Shown: positions 54,872 through 64,000, counted from the stretch's first letter. The stretch is 64,000 bases of DNA from Candidatus Curtissbacteria bacterium RIFCSPHIGHO2_12_FULL_41_17 (GCA_001774945.1 MFBL01000015.1:529-64528), one strand, 5' to 3'. Numbers and translations: made by a program. Notes: generated by a model not told the origin, from the letters alone.

Positions 54872-55261
54872 ATGGCAAAAGAACCAAAAGAATCAAAAAA
54901 AATAATTGCTAAAAATATAAGCCATGCAAAGGCTTATGTGACAGCCACTTTTAATAATACCATCATCACTCTTACCGATCAGAATGGTCAAACACTAGTA
55001 TGGGGTTCTGCAGGTGCCTCCGGCTTCAAGGGTGCGAGAAAGTCTACACCATATGCTGCCACAACAGCTGTTGAAGATGTAGCTAAAAAAGCTAGAGAAC
55101 TTGGTATAAGAAGTGTCGAAATTTTTGTAAAAGGACCGGGACCGGGGAGGGATGGAGCAATCAGAGCATTTAAATCGCAAGGATTAAATATAACTATGAT
55201 TGCTGATGTTACTCCCATTCCGCACAACGGACCGCGTCCATCAAAAAGGAGAAGAGTTTAA
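54872..55261 (+). CDS. rpsK: 30S ribosomal protein S11
   Basis: [59 protein letters not shown]. Confidence 0.95.
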   Translation: MAKEPKESKKIIAKNISHAKAYVTATFNNTIITLTDQNGQTLVWGSAGASGFKGARKSTPYAATTAVEDVAKKARELGIRSVEIFVKGPGPGRDGAIRAFKSQGLNITMIADVTPIPHNGPRPSKRRRV

Positions 55262-55265
55262 GAAA

Positions 55266-55874
55266 ATGGCTAGATATACTGGACCAAAACATCGACTATG
55301 TAGGGCAGAAGGTGTTGCTTTATGTGGACAAGCCAAGTGCCCGGTGATAAAAAGAAATGCAGCACCTCCTGGGCAACATGGAGGCAGAATTCGTAAAAAA
55401 TCCTCTGAATTTGCGATCCAGCTGCGAGAAAAACAAAAAGTCAAAAGAATTTACCAAGTACTTGAGAGACAATTTAAAAGGTATTTTGAAATTGCTTCAA
55501 GGAAAAAAACTACAACCGGTCAAGCACTCCTGGCTCTTTTGGAAACGCGCCTTGACAACGTTGTTTACAGACTTAATTTGGCAAAAACCAGGTATCAGGC
55601 AAGACAGCTTGTATCTCATGGTCACGTAAAAGTGAATGACAGAAGAGTGACTATTCCTTCATACAATGTTAAAATCGGCGATGTAATATCTCTTTCTACA
55701 AAAGCCGCAAATTTTGATTTTATTAAAAAACTGTCTGAGGAAACTAAAGATTTAAAAATACCGTCATGGCTTACAAAAAAGGCTATAGTAGGAAAAGTTG
55801 TTTCAGAACCTGAAAGAGAAGATATTGATGCGCAAGTAGATGAAACGCTTATAGTTGAATATTATTCTCGATAG
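55266..55874 (+). CDS. rpsD: 30S ribosomal protein S4
   Basis: MARYTGPKHRLCR.EG, LE.RLDNVVYRL.LA.TR.QARQLVSHGHV.VN.RRV.IPSY. Confidence 0.95.
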   Translation: MARYTGPKHRLCRAEGVALCGQAKCPVIKRNAAPPGQHGGRIRKKSSEFAIQLREKQKVKRIYQVLERQFKRYFEIASRKKTTTGQALLALLETRLDNVVYRLNLAKTRYQARQLVSHGHVKVNDRRVTIPSYNVKIGDVISLSTKAANFDFIKKLSEETKDLKIPSWLTKKAIVGKVVSEPEREDIDAQVDETLIVEYYSR

Positions 55875-55927
55875 AGAACAAGATGCTAGTCAGCTTATTC
55901 AAGATAAAAGTTAAGGAGGTGAATTAA

Positions 55928-56848
55928 ATGTTGGACTTATCACAAATAGAAGTAGTTACAGAAAAAGAAACCACAGAATTTGGAAAATTTATAATCGAGC
56001 CGCTGGATCAAGGTTATGGTCACACTATCGGGAATTCGCTTCGTCGAGTACTTTTAAGTTCTCTTGCTGGGGCGGCAATAACTCAAGTAAAAATTTCACA
56101 GGCTAAGCATCAATTTTCATCTTTGCCTGGGATGACAGAGGATGTTGTCGAATTTATATTAAACTTAAAAAAAGTTAAACTCAAAATCTCAGGAGAGAAA
56201 CCAGTTAAATTAACCTTAGACTTAAGGGGGCCTAAAGAAGTTAAAGCCAAAGATATCGAAAAGGCTGCTGGGGTGGAAATTACAAATGGGGATTTAGTTT
56301 TAGCCCACCTTTCTGATTCAAAAGCAAGATTGACCGTCCAAATGGTTGCGGAAAATGGCAGAGGATACTCACTTGCCACAGAGAGGGCCGCAGCCGAAAT
56401 TGGAGTAATTCCAATTGATGCGAATTTCTCCCCAATTTCCAGTGTTAATTATAGCGTGGATTCTACCCGTGTTGGTCGAATAACCAATTATGATAAATTG
56501 ACAATCGAATTAAAAACCGACGGCACAATTAAACCATCAGAGGCTTTAAAACAGGCTTCAAAAATATTGCAAGATCTCTTTATGATAATTTATCAACCAC
56601 CGGCAAGTACAAAGAAAACAAAGCATGAAGAAACAGTTGCTTTAACTTCTGAAGTATTGAATACATCACTGGAGGAACTGGATTTACCAGTAAGACTTAC
56701 CAACAGTCTTAAAGCAGGTAAAGTAGAAACAATTGGAGATTTTTTAACTAAAGACAGAAAAGAGCTTACCAAAATGAAGAATGTCGGACCTAAATCAATC
56801 GAGCTAGTTGAAGAGAAACTGAGAGAAAGAAGTATTGAGAAAAAGTGA
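55928..56848 (+). CDS. rpoA: DNA-directed RNA polymerase subunit alpha
   Basis: GKFIIEPLDQGYGHTIGNSLRRVLLSSL.GAA, and the C-terminal domain LELPVRLTNSLKAGKVETIGDF....ELTKMKNVGPKSI.E. Confidence 0.95.
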   Translation: MLDLSQIEVVTEKETTEFGKFIIEPLDQGYGHTIGNSLRRVLLSSLAGAAITQVKISQAKHQFSSLPGMTEDVVEFILNLKKVKLKISGEKPVKLTLDLRGPKEVKAKDIEKAAGVEITNGDLVLAHLSDSKARLTVQMVAENGRGYSLATERAAAEIGVIPIDANFSPISSVNYSVDSTRVGRITNYDKLTIELKTDGTIKPSEALKQASKILQDLFMIIYQPPASTKKTKHEETVALTSEVLNTSLEELDLPVRLTNSLKAGKVETIGDFLTKDRKELTKMKNVGPKSIELVEEKLRERSIEKK

Positions 56849-57306
56849 GACATTTGGTATTCGGTAAAAGACTCTCAAGAGATACTGCAAGCAGAAAGGC
56901 TCTACTTGCAAATCTGGCAAATTCGCTAATTGAAGAAGGCAGGGTGACTACTACCCTTGCTAAGGCGAAGTTTGCAAGACCGTTTGTGGAAAAATTGGTA
57001 ACTTATATTAAAAGCAATAAGTTATATAAAAAAAGAGAGCTGGCAGCTTTTTTAACTAAAAAAGCTTTTAGAAGGCTGCTTTTGGATATTACTCCAAAAT
57101 TAAATGATAGAACTAGTGGTTACACCAGAATTATTAAATTAGGTCCCAGAAGGGGCGACTCTGCCCCGATGGCTAGAATTGAATTTCTTAACTGGGAGAA
57201 ATCGAAAGCTTCACAAACTACACCTTCAAAAAAGAAAAATGGAAGACGTGTTAAAAATTTAAAAATTAATACAAAAAATAAGGAAGGGAACAAAGATGAA
57301 AAATGA
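56845..57306 (+). CDS. rplQ: 50S ribosomal protein L17 with lysine-rich tail
   Basis: GTG start. MRHLVFGKRLSRDTASRKALLANLANSLIEEGRV.TT..KAK, GGYTRI-like SGYTRIIKLGPRRGD.A. Confidence 0.92.
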   Translation: MRHLVFGKRLSRDTASRKALLANLANSLIEEGRVTTTLAKAKFARPFVEKLVTYIKSNKLYKKRELAAFLTKKAFRRLLLDITPKLNDRTSGYTRIIKLGPRRGDSAPMARIEFLNWEKSKASQTTPSKKKNGRRVKNLKINTKNKEGNKDEK

Positions 57307-57754
57307 CCAAATAAATAGAAACTGGCATCTTATCGATGCAAAAAGAAAAGTTTTGGGAAGACTTGCCAGTGAAGCCGCTTATCTTTTAATGGGCAAAAAT
57401 AAATCATCATATGTGCCATATCTTGATTCTGGAGATTATGTAGTGGTCATAAATGCCAAAGATGTTGTTCTGTCTGGAAAAAAAGAATTTCATAAAAAAT
57501 ACTATCATCATTCGCATTTTCCCGGAGGATTAAAAATAAAGACTGCCGCACAAATTAGGGAAGAAAATCCCCAAAAATTAATAAGAAATGCCATTACCGG
57601 AATGATGCCAAAAACAAAACTTGGCAAAATGATGCTTAAAAAACTTTTTGTCTATTCAGATAATAATTATCCTTATGCGAGCAAGTTTATAGCCACTGTC
57701 AGCACTACGCCTCAGCAACTAAAACATACCAGCTTGAAAGTTGCCAGAAAATGA
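57296..57754 (+). CDS. rplM: 50S ribosomal protein L13
   Basis: RNWHLIDAKRKVLGRLASEAAYLLMGKNK, GDYVVVINA..V..SGKK...K.YY.HS.FPGG. Confidence 0.93.
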   Translation: MKNDQINRNWHLIDAKRKVLGRLASEAAYLLMGKNKSSYVPYLDSGDYVVVINAKDVVLSGKKEFHKKYYHHSHFPGGLKIKTAAQIREENPQKLIRNAITGMMPKTKLGKMMLKKLFVYSDNNYPYASKFIATVSTTPQQLKHTSLKVARK

Positions 57755-58161
57755 AAAAGGAAAATCAAAAATCGGAGATTATTTCGGCGCATGGGCGCAG
57801 AAAAGAAGCCGTGGCCAGAGTAATGCTTTATAAGGGAGATGGGCAAATTTTGGTAAATGGACAGGCAATTAATCAATATTTCCCAAGTAAAGTTGCCAAG
57901 AGTTTATGGCAAAAGCCTTTTGTTCTGACAAAATCCCAAAATGATTACTGGGCAACCATTAAAGTTTCAGGTTCTGGAAAGAGCGGGCAACTGCTAGCGG
58001 TGGTTCATGGTTTGTCGCGGGCATTATCTAAAGCTAACTTGGAATTTAGACCGATTCTTAAAAGAGCTGGACTTTTAACAAGAGATCCCCGGGTTAAGGA
58101 AAGACGTAAATACGGCCTTGCCCAGAAGGCTAGAAAAGGTAAGCAATCACCTAGGAGGTGA
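57751..58161 (+). CDS. rpsI: 30S ribosomal protein S9
   Basis: GRRKEAVARV.L..G.G.I.VNG, V.GSGKSGQ..A...GLSRAL, LTRDPR.KERRKYG...ARK..Q.SPRR. Confidence 0.95.
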   Translation: MKKENQKSEIISAHGRRKEAVARVMLYKGDGQILVNGQAINQYFPSKVAKSLWQKPFVLTKSQNDYWATIKVSGSGKSGQLLAVVHGLSRALSKANLEFRPILKRAGLLTRDPRVKERRKYGLAQKARKGKQSPRR

Positions 58162-58180
58162 TTGCCCTGAGTCTATCGAA

Positions 58181-58201
58181 GGGCAGTCGCCCAGGCGGTA
58201 G
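58181..58201 (+). repeat. displaced second copy of the rpsI 3' end
   Basis: GGGCAGTCGCCCAGGCGGTAG encodes GQSPRR-stop. The genuine end at 58138-58161 encodes GKQSPRR-stop. The two are separated by the hairpin GCCCTGAGTCTATCGAAGGGC. Confidence 0.75.
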
Positions 58202-58258
58202 CAAGTCCTCCCAAATTCGCACCTCGAACCGTGTACGAATAGTACTGAAATTTTCCTA

Positions 58259-58432
58259 TTATTGTTGAGGTTCCGATGGCGGCGTTTGGTTTTGGCTATT
58301 AGCCGGATTTTGAGGATTCATAAATTGGCCATCACCAGATTGCGTTGGTTGATTAGCTGATTCGCTAGGTGATGTTGGCGGCGGTTGCTCTTTTTTCCCA
58401 AAAAGATTTTTGACAAGATCCAGAAAACCCAT
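58259..58432 (-). CDS. small P/Q-rich hypothetical protein
   Basis: 57-aa ORF below the track threshold, MGFLDLVKNLFGKKEQPPPTSPSESANQPTQSGDGQFMNPQNPANSQNQTPPSEPQQ. Low complexity, so coding status is uncertain. Confidence 0.3.
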   Translation of the reverse strand: MGFLDLVKNLFGKKEQPPPTSPSESANQPTQSGDGQFMNPQNPANSQNQTPPSEPQQ

Positions 58433-58480
58433 TTATTATATCTAAACCTTTTTATTCCCCGTTGTCAAATTTTTATTTTG

Positions 58481-58554
58481 TCGGGGTGGCCGGACTTGAA
58501 CCGGCGACTTCCAGACCCCCAGCCTGGCGTTCTAGCCAACTGAACTACACCCCG
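58481..58554 (-). tRNA. tRNA-Pro (anticodon GGG)
   Basis: Hand-folded cloverleaf of CGGGGTGTAGTTCAGTTGGCTAGAACGCCAGGCTGGGGGTCTGGAAGTCGCCGGTTCAAGTCCGGCCACCCCGA. It has a 7-bp acceptor stem, D stem GTTC/GAAC, anticodon loop CTGGGGG and T arm GCCGG-TTCAAGT-CCGGC. No CCA is encoded. Confidence 0.9.
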
Positions 58555-58835
58555 TAAGTATTCGGTAATACATCAGACAAAGTGCTGATATACTCCGTTC
58601 GTCGAAATAAGCAAAGCTTGCGATCCTCGACTTCGTCCACGGGTCTAGGACTTCGCTTTAACGTTAACATACCATTTGGTACACGACTTTTTCGCTTAGT
58701 CATTCCTCCTCTTCAAATGCTAAAGCATTTGATTATAACTCCACAGAAAATTCTTGAATATTTTATCACCTCTTGTAATTTTGGCAAATCTGTAGTAAAA
58801 CTAGTCGTGAAAATAACTGCTTTAAACAAAGTTTG

Positions 58836-59909
58836 ATGAGTACCTCCGACGCCAAAAAACAAGCAATTTTAACTGCAATTTCCCAGATAGAAAAAGCCTA
58901 CGGCAAAGGGGCCATCATGAAAATGGGGGAAGCGGTTGGTAAACTGGAGGCAGAAATTATTTCCACCGGATCTATTCCTGTAGATTTAGCTCTTGGAATC
59001 GGCGGTTTTCCAAGAGGAAGAATTATTGAAATATTCGGACCGGAAGCGTCAGGTAAAACTACACTGGCACTAGCAGTAATTGCCCAAGCCCAAAAAAATG
59101 GAGGATCGGCGGCACTTATTGATGTTGAGCATGCTCTTGACCCGTCTTGGGCTCAAACTGTTGGTGTTAATCTGGATGATTTACTAATTTCCCAGCCGGA
59201 TACCGGAGAACAAGCTTTAGAAATAACAGAGACATTGATTCGATCCGGTGCAATTGATGTAATAGTTGTTGATTCTGTTGCAGCTTTAGTACCCCGGGCA
59301 GAAATAGAAGGAGAGATGGGAGATTCCATTATGGGGGTTCAGGCAAGATTAATGTCGCAGGCCTTAAGAAAACTAACTGGTGCGATTTCAAAATCAAAAA
59401 CTGCGGCCGTTTTTACAAATCAATTACGGGAGAAAATTGGCGTGATGTTCGGCAATCCGGAAGTAACCCCCGGAGGCAGAGCGCTTAAATTTTACTCCTC
59501 AATCAGGTTGGATGTCAGAAAAATTGAAAATATTAAAGAAGGAGAAAAAGTAATTGGAACAAGACATAGGGTTAAGGTAGTTAAAAATAAATTAGCGCCG
59601 CCATTTCGGGTAGCCGAATTTGACATTATGTCAGATGAAGGGATTTCCAAAGAAGGCGGAATTTTGGATGTAGCATTGGAGCTTGGTTTAGTAACAAAGT
59701 CAGGGGCATTTTTTAGATGGAGTACAAAACTAATCGGTCAAGGTAGGGAAAGTGCCAAAGCCTACTTCAATGAACATAAAAAGGATTATACTGCTCTTGA
59801 AAAAGAAATTTGGAACAAAGTAAAAAAAGGAATTCCACAAAAGTCCAAAAAAGTTACTGATTCAGAAAGCGAAAGCGACGAAATCTTAGAAGAAATAGCT
59901 GTTGCTTAA
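58836..59909 (+). CDS. recA: recombinase RecA
   Basis: [22 protein letters not shown], Walker [60 protein letters not shown]. Confidence 0.96.
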   Translation: MSTSDAKKQAILTAISQIEKAYGKGAIMKMGEAVGKLEAEIISTGSIPVDLALGIGGFPRGRIIEIFGPEASGKTTLALAVIAQAQKNGGSAALIDVEHALDPSWAQTVGVNLDDLLISQPDTGEQALEITETLIRSGAIDVIVVDSVAALVPRAEIEGEMGDSIMGVQARLMSQALRKLTGAISKSKTAAVFTNQLREKIGVMFGNPEVTPGGRALKFYSSIRLDVRKIENIKEGEKVIGTRHRVKVVKNKLAPPFRVAEFDIMSDEGISKEGGILDVALELGLVTKSGAFFRWSTKLIGQGRESAKAYFNEHKKDYTALEKEIWNKVKKGIPQKSKKVTDSESESDEILEEIAVA

Positions 59910-60566
59910 GTGCCCCTTATTACTTCGATAGAACCCCAGAAAAAGAAAGTTAACCGCTTCAATATTTATTTGGATGGGGTTTTTGGTATTGGAATTGATG
60001 CCGAAATTCTTCTAAAAAACAATTTAAAAGTTGGCCAGAACTTATCAGAAAAACAGATAAGTGAATTAATCTCAAAAGAAGAATTATCAAAACTTACGGA
60101 TAAAACTCTGCATTTTTTATCTTTTAGGCCGCGTAGTGAAAGAGAAACATTCCAGTATTTATCTAAAAAAATCGCAAAATCTCAAAATATCACTTTTAGG
60201 CAAGCACAGGAAAGCCATATCGTTAAAAGTATTGTTGAAAAACTAAAAAAATATAATTATTTAGATGATAGTGAATTTGCAAAATGGTGGGTGCACTCTC
60301 GAATAAGATCAAATCCTAAGGGAACCATCGTCCTTAAAAGAGAACTAATAAATAGGGGAATCACAAAAGAAATCATAGATCTTGTTTTGTCAAAATATCA
60401 AAATCAAACTGCAATTGCCCAAAAAGCCCTTCAAAAGAAATTAAAATCGTGGAAAAATCTTTCTGAGCAAGATTTTAAAAAAAAGGTCTATTCTTATCTT
60501 ATAACTCGCGGTTTCGACTTTGAAACAATTAAAGAAGTGTTTGCAAATTTTGCAAAAAAGCGATAA
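59910..60566 (+). CDS. recX: recombination regulator RecX
   Basis: GTG start directly after recA. NRFNIYLDGVFGIGIDAEILLKNNLKVGQNLSEKQI, and helical repeats with YLDD.EFA..W. Confidence 0.8.
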   Translation: MPLITSIEPQKKKVNRFNIYLDGVFGIGIDAEILLKNNLKVGQNLSEKQISELISKEELSKLTDKTLHFLSFRPRSERETFQYLSKKIAKSQNITFRQAQESHIVKSIVEKLKKYNYLDDSEFAKWWVHSRIRSNPKGTIVLKRELINRGITKEIIDLVLSKYQNQTAIAQKALQKKLKSWKNLSEQDFKKKVYSYLITRGFDFETIKEVFANFAKKR

Positions 60567-60662
60567 AATTGTTTCTTGAAAGTAGCCAAATAGAGGGTTG
60601 TTTACTTAAAGTGTTATGGAGTATTTTGCAAACTCTTGCTTCTTAAAACTTAACAAATAACC

Positions 60663-60689
60663 GCTTGCCAAAACGGCAAGCCTTCTTTT
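60663..60689 (+). terminator. candidate intrinsic terminator after recX
   Basis: GCTTGCC-AAAAC-GGCAAGC hairpin followed by CTTCTTTT. Confidence 0.5.
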
Positions 60690-60710
60690 GGCACACTTTC
60701 CACAATATAA

Positions 60711-62171
60711 ATGGCTAATTTTGACAAATCACCTAAAAAAGTTGTTGTGTCCGTGGGCGGGCAGGCTCATACAGATGATGTTAGATCAACAGCCAGAGAA
60801 ATCATTCAGGATGCCAGAGATGAAGCTTTTAGGATTAAAAAGTCTGCAGAGGAAGAAACAAGAAAAATTCGCCAAGAGTCTCTTGATATTGAGAAAAGAA
60901 TCGTCCAAAAAGCAGAACTTTTAGAATCAAGACTTTCGCAGGTAGAAAAGTCTGAAAAAGATACAGGATCTTTAAGAGAAGCGCTCACAAGACAAGAACA
61001 AGAACTTTCTAAGATCAGATCAGAGTTAATCAGTAAACTTGAAAAAATCACCTCCCTAACGGCCGAAGAAGCCAAAAAAATCATTCTGGAAAACCTCGAG
61101 GAACAGCTTAAAAATGAGATTGCTAAAAAAATTAAGGAAGCGGAAGAAAAAGTTAGGGTACAGAAAGATATTAAATCACGGGAAATATTAGTTAACGCCA
61201 TGGCAGCCGGTGCTACTGACTGGGTCGCCGAATATACAGTTTCTACAATCAAATTAGAGTCAGATGAAATTAAAGGCAGAATTATTGGTAAGGAAGGAAG
61301 AAACATTCGTGCCTTTGAACTGGCAACCGGGGTTGACGTTGAACTGGACAGTGACACGCCTAATGAAGTAAGGCTTTCATCCTTTGATTCTGTAAGGCGT
61401 GAGATTGCCAGAATTGCTTTGGAGGATTTAGTTAAAGATGCCAGAATTCAGCCGACCAGAATCGAACAGTTGGTAGAAAAAGCAAAGAACCAGGTTGCTT
61501 TGGACATGTCCGAAACCGGCAGACGTGCGGCTTATTCCTTGGGATTATACAACCTGCCGCAGGAGGCGATGGATGCCTTAGGAAGGTTAAAGTTTAGGTA
61601 TTCTTATGGACAAAACCAGCTGATTGCTGCCATCGAAACAGGAAAAATTGCCAAGAAAATAGCTCAAGAGATTGGAGCCAACGACGTAGTTTGTGCTACC
61701 GGAGGCCTTTTTCATGATATTGGTAAAACCCAAATTGAAAAAGAAGGGACTCACGTACAACTTGGTGTAGAACTGGCTAAAAAATGGAATTTCCCCAAAG
61801 AAGTCGTAAACTGTATTGCCCAGCACCATGAGGATGAACCATTCACCTCGCAAGAATCAGTAATAGTTCACGTCGCAGATGCTGTTTCAGGTGCAAGACC
61901 AGGTGCAAGACATGAACCGGTTGAAGATTACGTTAAAAGATTAACAGACATTGAGAAAATTGCTAATAGTTTTAGCGGTGTTGATAAGGCATTTGCTATT
62001 CAAGCGGGACGGGAAATTCGGGTCATAGTTAACCCAAGTGCGGTAGATGATGCCGGTATAGTTAAACTCTCACACGATATCAGCTCGCGCCTGGAAAAGG
62101 AGCTGACCTACCCCGGCCAGATTACCGTAACGGTTATTAGAGAAACTAGGGCAGTTGATATTGCCAAATAA
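60711..62171 (+). CDS. rny: ribonuclease Y (no obvious N-terminal membrane helix)
   Basis: Long E/K coiled coil, KH domain (IKGRIIGKEGRNIRAFE.ATGV), HD domain (GGLFHDIGK...AQHHED), and C-terminal YPGQITVTVIRETRAV. Confidence 0.92.
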   Translation: MANFDKSPKKVVVSVGGQAHTDDVRSTAREIIQDARDEAFRIKKSAEEETRKIRQESLDIEKRIVQKAELLESRLSQVEKSEKDTGSLREALTRQEQELSKIRSELISKLEKITSLTAEEAKKIILENLEEQLKNEIAKKIKEAEEKVRVQKDIKSREILVNAMAAGATDWVAEYTVSTIKLESDEIKGRIIGKEGRNIRAFELATGVDVELDSDTPNEVRLSSFDSVRREIARIALEDLVKDARIQPTRIEQLVEKAKNQVALDMSETGRRAAYSLGLYNLPQEAMDALGRLKFRYSYGQNQLIAAIETGKIAKKIAQEIGANDVVCATGGLFHDIGKTQIEKEGTHVQLGVELAKKWNFPKEVVNCIAQHHEDEPFTSQESVIVHVADAVSGARPGARHEPVEDYVKRLTDIEKIANSFSGVDKAFAIQAGREIRVIVNPSAVDDAGIVKLSHDISSRLEKELTYPGQITVTVIRETRAVDIAK

Positions 62172-62246
62172 AGTTTGGGTTCCACACCCAACTTCATCCT
62201 GAGCAAACAAAGTGAGTCGAAGGATTTCGCATAGATTAATTCGCAT

Positions 62247-62275
62247 TTGACCAATTGAGTTGTATTGGATATAAT
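62247..62275 (+). promoter_or_regulatory. sigma70-type promoter for hup (TTGACC-17-TATAAT)
   Basis: TTGACC at 62247-62252, a 17-nt spacer, and TATAAT at 62270-62275, about 29 nt upstream of the hup ATG. Confidence 0.55.
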
Positions 62276-62303
62276 CCATTTCGTCGGAATACTTTAGAAA
62301 TCA

Positions 62304-62576
62304 ATGACCAAAAACGAACTAGTTGAAAGGGTAGCCAAAAAAGTCGGGCTTACCAAAAAGGCAGCATTTGAAACTGTCAATGCAGTTTTTGGAAATATTC
62401 GCGATGCATTGGCCAAAGGTGATAAGGTAGTAGTTTCAGGTTTCGGGACATTTAAAATTAGACAAAGAGCAACCCGTACCGGCAGAAATCCTCAAACAGG
62501 TTCCTCAATTAAAATAGCCGGGCATAAACTTCCCGGTTTCACCGCAGGCAAAGCCCTCAAAAGATTTATTAAATAA
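62304..62576 (+). CDS. hup: HU-family DNA-binding protein
   Basis: MTKNELVERVAKKVGLTKK.A...V.AVF..I...L.KGDKV...GFGTF.IR.RA.R.GRNPQTG..I.I. Confidence 0.95.
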   Translation: MTKNELVERVAKKVGLTKKAAFETVNAVFGNIRDALAKGDKVVVSGFGTFKIRQRATRTGRNPQTGSSIKIAGHKLPGFTAGKALKRFIK

Positions 62577-62592
62577 TGGAGAAAAGTGACAA

Positions 62593-62892
62593 TTAGCGGC
62601 TTTTCTTCCTAACTCGCCCCGCAAGAATCCTAAGTCCGGTTGCCGAATAGGCAACATCTAAATTTTCGGCAGACACTTCTTGATTTTCAGAACTATTGCT
62701 CACAGCACTCTGGGAAATATTGTCACTGACCAGTATTGGGCCTAAGATGTCCTCATCAGAAACGTCAACAACCGTTCCAGTTGCCTCGGTTGCTCGACGC
62801 AGAGAGTCGAGAGTCGATGCGATATACTCGTCAGAGCTGGTGGTAACTTCCGATTTTCCCGGAAGTATTTCTTTCTCTTTCTGCTCAGGCAT
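62593..62892 (-). CDS. acidic hypothetical protein
   Basis: 99-aa ORF, S/E/D-rich, convergent with hup. Confidence 0.4.
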   Translation of the reverse strand: MPEQKEKEILPGKSEVTTSSDEYIASTLDSLRRATEATGTVVDVSDEDILGPILVSDNISQSAVSNSSENQEVSAENLDVAYSATGLRILAGRVRKKSR

Positions 62893-62988
62893 AAAAAAGG
62901 CCCTTTCAGGTGTCTAGAATATACTTCTTTTATGGGTAAAAGTCAACCGAGTCTGACTCGGTTAAGGAAAGTTACAATCGGGGTCAAT

Positions 62989-63396
62989 TTAATCTATTTC
63001 AAGTCTTATTCTTACAATTTGGCCAATAGATTGCAAAATCGTCGCAAACCTATTAAAAGGCGTATCAAATTTTCCAAGGTCCAAATCACCATCTACATAT
63101 TTTGGATATCTTAAAGAAGCGACTATTGCTTGTTTTGATATTGACTCAACTACATGCTGGTCAGCAACACTTTTAGCTTCCCGCAAGCATTCCAAAGCCG
63201 CTGTCATGTGAGGAAAACTTTGCTTCAGTCTGGCAAGGCCGGCAAGAACAATAGCTTCTTCGACTGCCAATTCCAAACTTGCTTCAATTTTATCTGGATC
63301 TGTTCGCCAGTTTTTCGGCTGTTGAATCTGATCAAGCTGATTAATTATCAGACGATGAGCGCACTCTAGCCTCCCTACCTGTGCCTCTTTACTCAT
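62989..63396 (-). CDS. hypothetical helical protein
   Basis: 135-aa ORF. No motif recognised. Confidence 0.5.
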   Translation of the reverse strand: MSKEAQVGRLECAHRLIINQLDQIQQPKNWRTDPDKIEASLELAVEEAIVLAGLARLKQSFPHMTAALECLREAKSVADQHVVESISKQAIVASLRYPKYVDGDLDLGKFDTPFNRFATILQSIGQIVRIRLEID

Positions 63397-63472
63397 AGAC
63401 CGATAGTTTATATAAATACTAAAAATAAATCAAATCAGTACACTTCCAATTTAGTCGTGATAAGATATTTTT

Positions 63473-63844
63473 GTGGAAAAACGTGACAGTTTTATTAAGC
63501 ATCAACTGGTAAGTTTTTCGTATGCAATCGAAGGCATTGTTTATAGCTACAAAAAAGGAACACACTTTAAAATCCACATAATTGCAGCAGTCATTGTTGT
63601 TATTTTAGGTTTTGTTTACTCAATCAGCTCGTTAGAATGGTTAATAGTCGTATTGATTTCCTCGTCCGTTATTGCTGCAGAGGCTATCAATACTGCTATT
63701 GAAGAAACTTGTGATGTTCTTCACCCAGAACATCATCCAGGAGCAAAACTTGCCAAACACTGTGCAGCCGGTGGGGTTCTGATACTATCAATAGCCGCGT
63801 TATTGATAGGAATTATTATTTTTACCCCAAAAATTTTAGGTTAA
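63473..63844 (+). CDS. dgkA: diacylglycerol/undecaprenol kinase DgkA family
   Basis: GTG start. FSYAIEGIVY.....HF.IH, three transmembrane helices, and EAINTAIEETCD.. followed by AK..AAGGVL. Confidence 0.85.
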   Translation: MEKRDSFIKHQLVSFSYAIEGIVYSYKKGTHFKIHIIAAVIVVILGFVYSISSLEWLIVVLISSSVIAAEAINTAIEETCDVLHPEHHPGAKLAKHCAAGGVLILSIAALLIGIIIFTPKILG

Positions 63845-63873
63845 TTTTCTTCTTGTGTTAAAATTCCATACTG

Positions 63874-64000
63874 ATGCAGGACAGTTTCTTTATTAAGACC
63901 TTCGGTTGCCAGCAAAATTTAGCAGATAGCCAGCGTATCGCGAGCTATTATTTAGCTCGCGGTTTTAAGATAGCAAAGAGCATAAAGTCTGCCTCAGAAA
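63874..64000 (+). CDS. MiaB/RimO-like radical-SAM methylthiotransferase, N-terminus only (runs off the window)
   Basis: Hand translation gives MQDSFFIKTFGCQQNLADSQRIASYYLARGFKIA. This is the UPF0004 N-terminal signature (F.I.TFGCQ.N..DS). Confidence 0.7.
   Translation, partial: MQDSFFIKTFGCQQNLADSQRIASYYLARGFKIAKSIKSASE

Noticed and set aside
58582-58836. 84-aa ORF upstream of recA
   Set aside because: It reads through repeat-like sequence (AAATAAGCAAAGCTTGCGATCCTCG, related to the element after brnA) and through the likely recA promoter region. It ends overlapping the recA start. It has no SD and a low-complexity N-terminus.

Overview
The window reads as a chromosomal segment of a small, AT-rich bacterium of the Candidate Phyla Radiation / Patescibacteria type. 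That assignment is an inference from three things: rpmD is missing from the spc cluster, infB, alaS and lon are truncated, and ribosomal proteins carry many low-complexity tails. The standard genetic code applies, since TGA is used as a stop, for example in infA and rpsI. Almost all genes are on the + strand. In order they are: nusA-infB-(DHH-like)-rpsO-pnp; a Lon-like AAA+ ATPase; ftsK; a rodZ-like gene; a DUF948/YtxH pair; alaS; three surface or membrane proteins; sortase; ruvX; mltG; a small accessory stretch (TPR protein, two unknowns, EEP nuclease, BrnT/BrnA toxin-antitoxin, DMT transporter); a riboflavin-kinase domain; rpoB-rpoC-rpsL-rpsG; an inserted block with a minus-strand patatin gene; fusA-tuf; the S10-spc-alpha ribosomal cluster through rplQ; rplM-rpsI; tRNA-Pro(GGG); recA-recX-rny-hup; two unknowns; dgkA; and the start of a miaB-like gene. 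The unusual content is in the spacers, not the genes. (1) At four clear loci (rpsO, rpsG, fusA, rpsI), plus weaker candidates, the last 7-16 codons and the stop codon recur downstream of a short GC-rich palindromic insert. The copies differ almost only at synonymous sites. This looks like att-type scars or miniature integrative elements that target the 3' ends of housekeeping genes. (2) A ~150-nt multi-hairpin repeat occurs three times, always just after a co-oriented stop codon, and its stems show compensatory changes between copies. (3) A ~90-nt structured leader is shared by tuf and a DUF948 gene. (4) Period-7 or period-9 micro-tandem arrays, together with a conserved CGACCGAAGGGAGC box, sit immediately upstream of several ribosome-binding sites. 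(5) A perfect 192-bp in-frame tandem duplication lies inside the transporter gene. No CRISPR array, rRNA, transposase or integrase gene is visible in the window.
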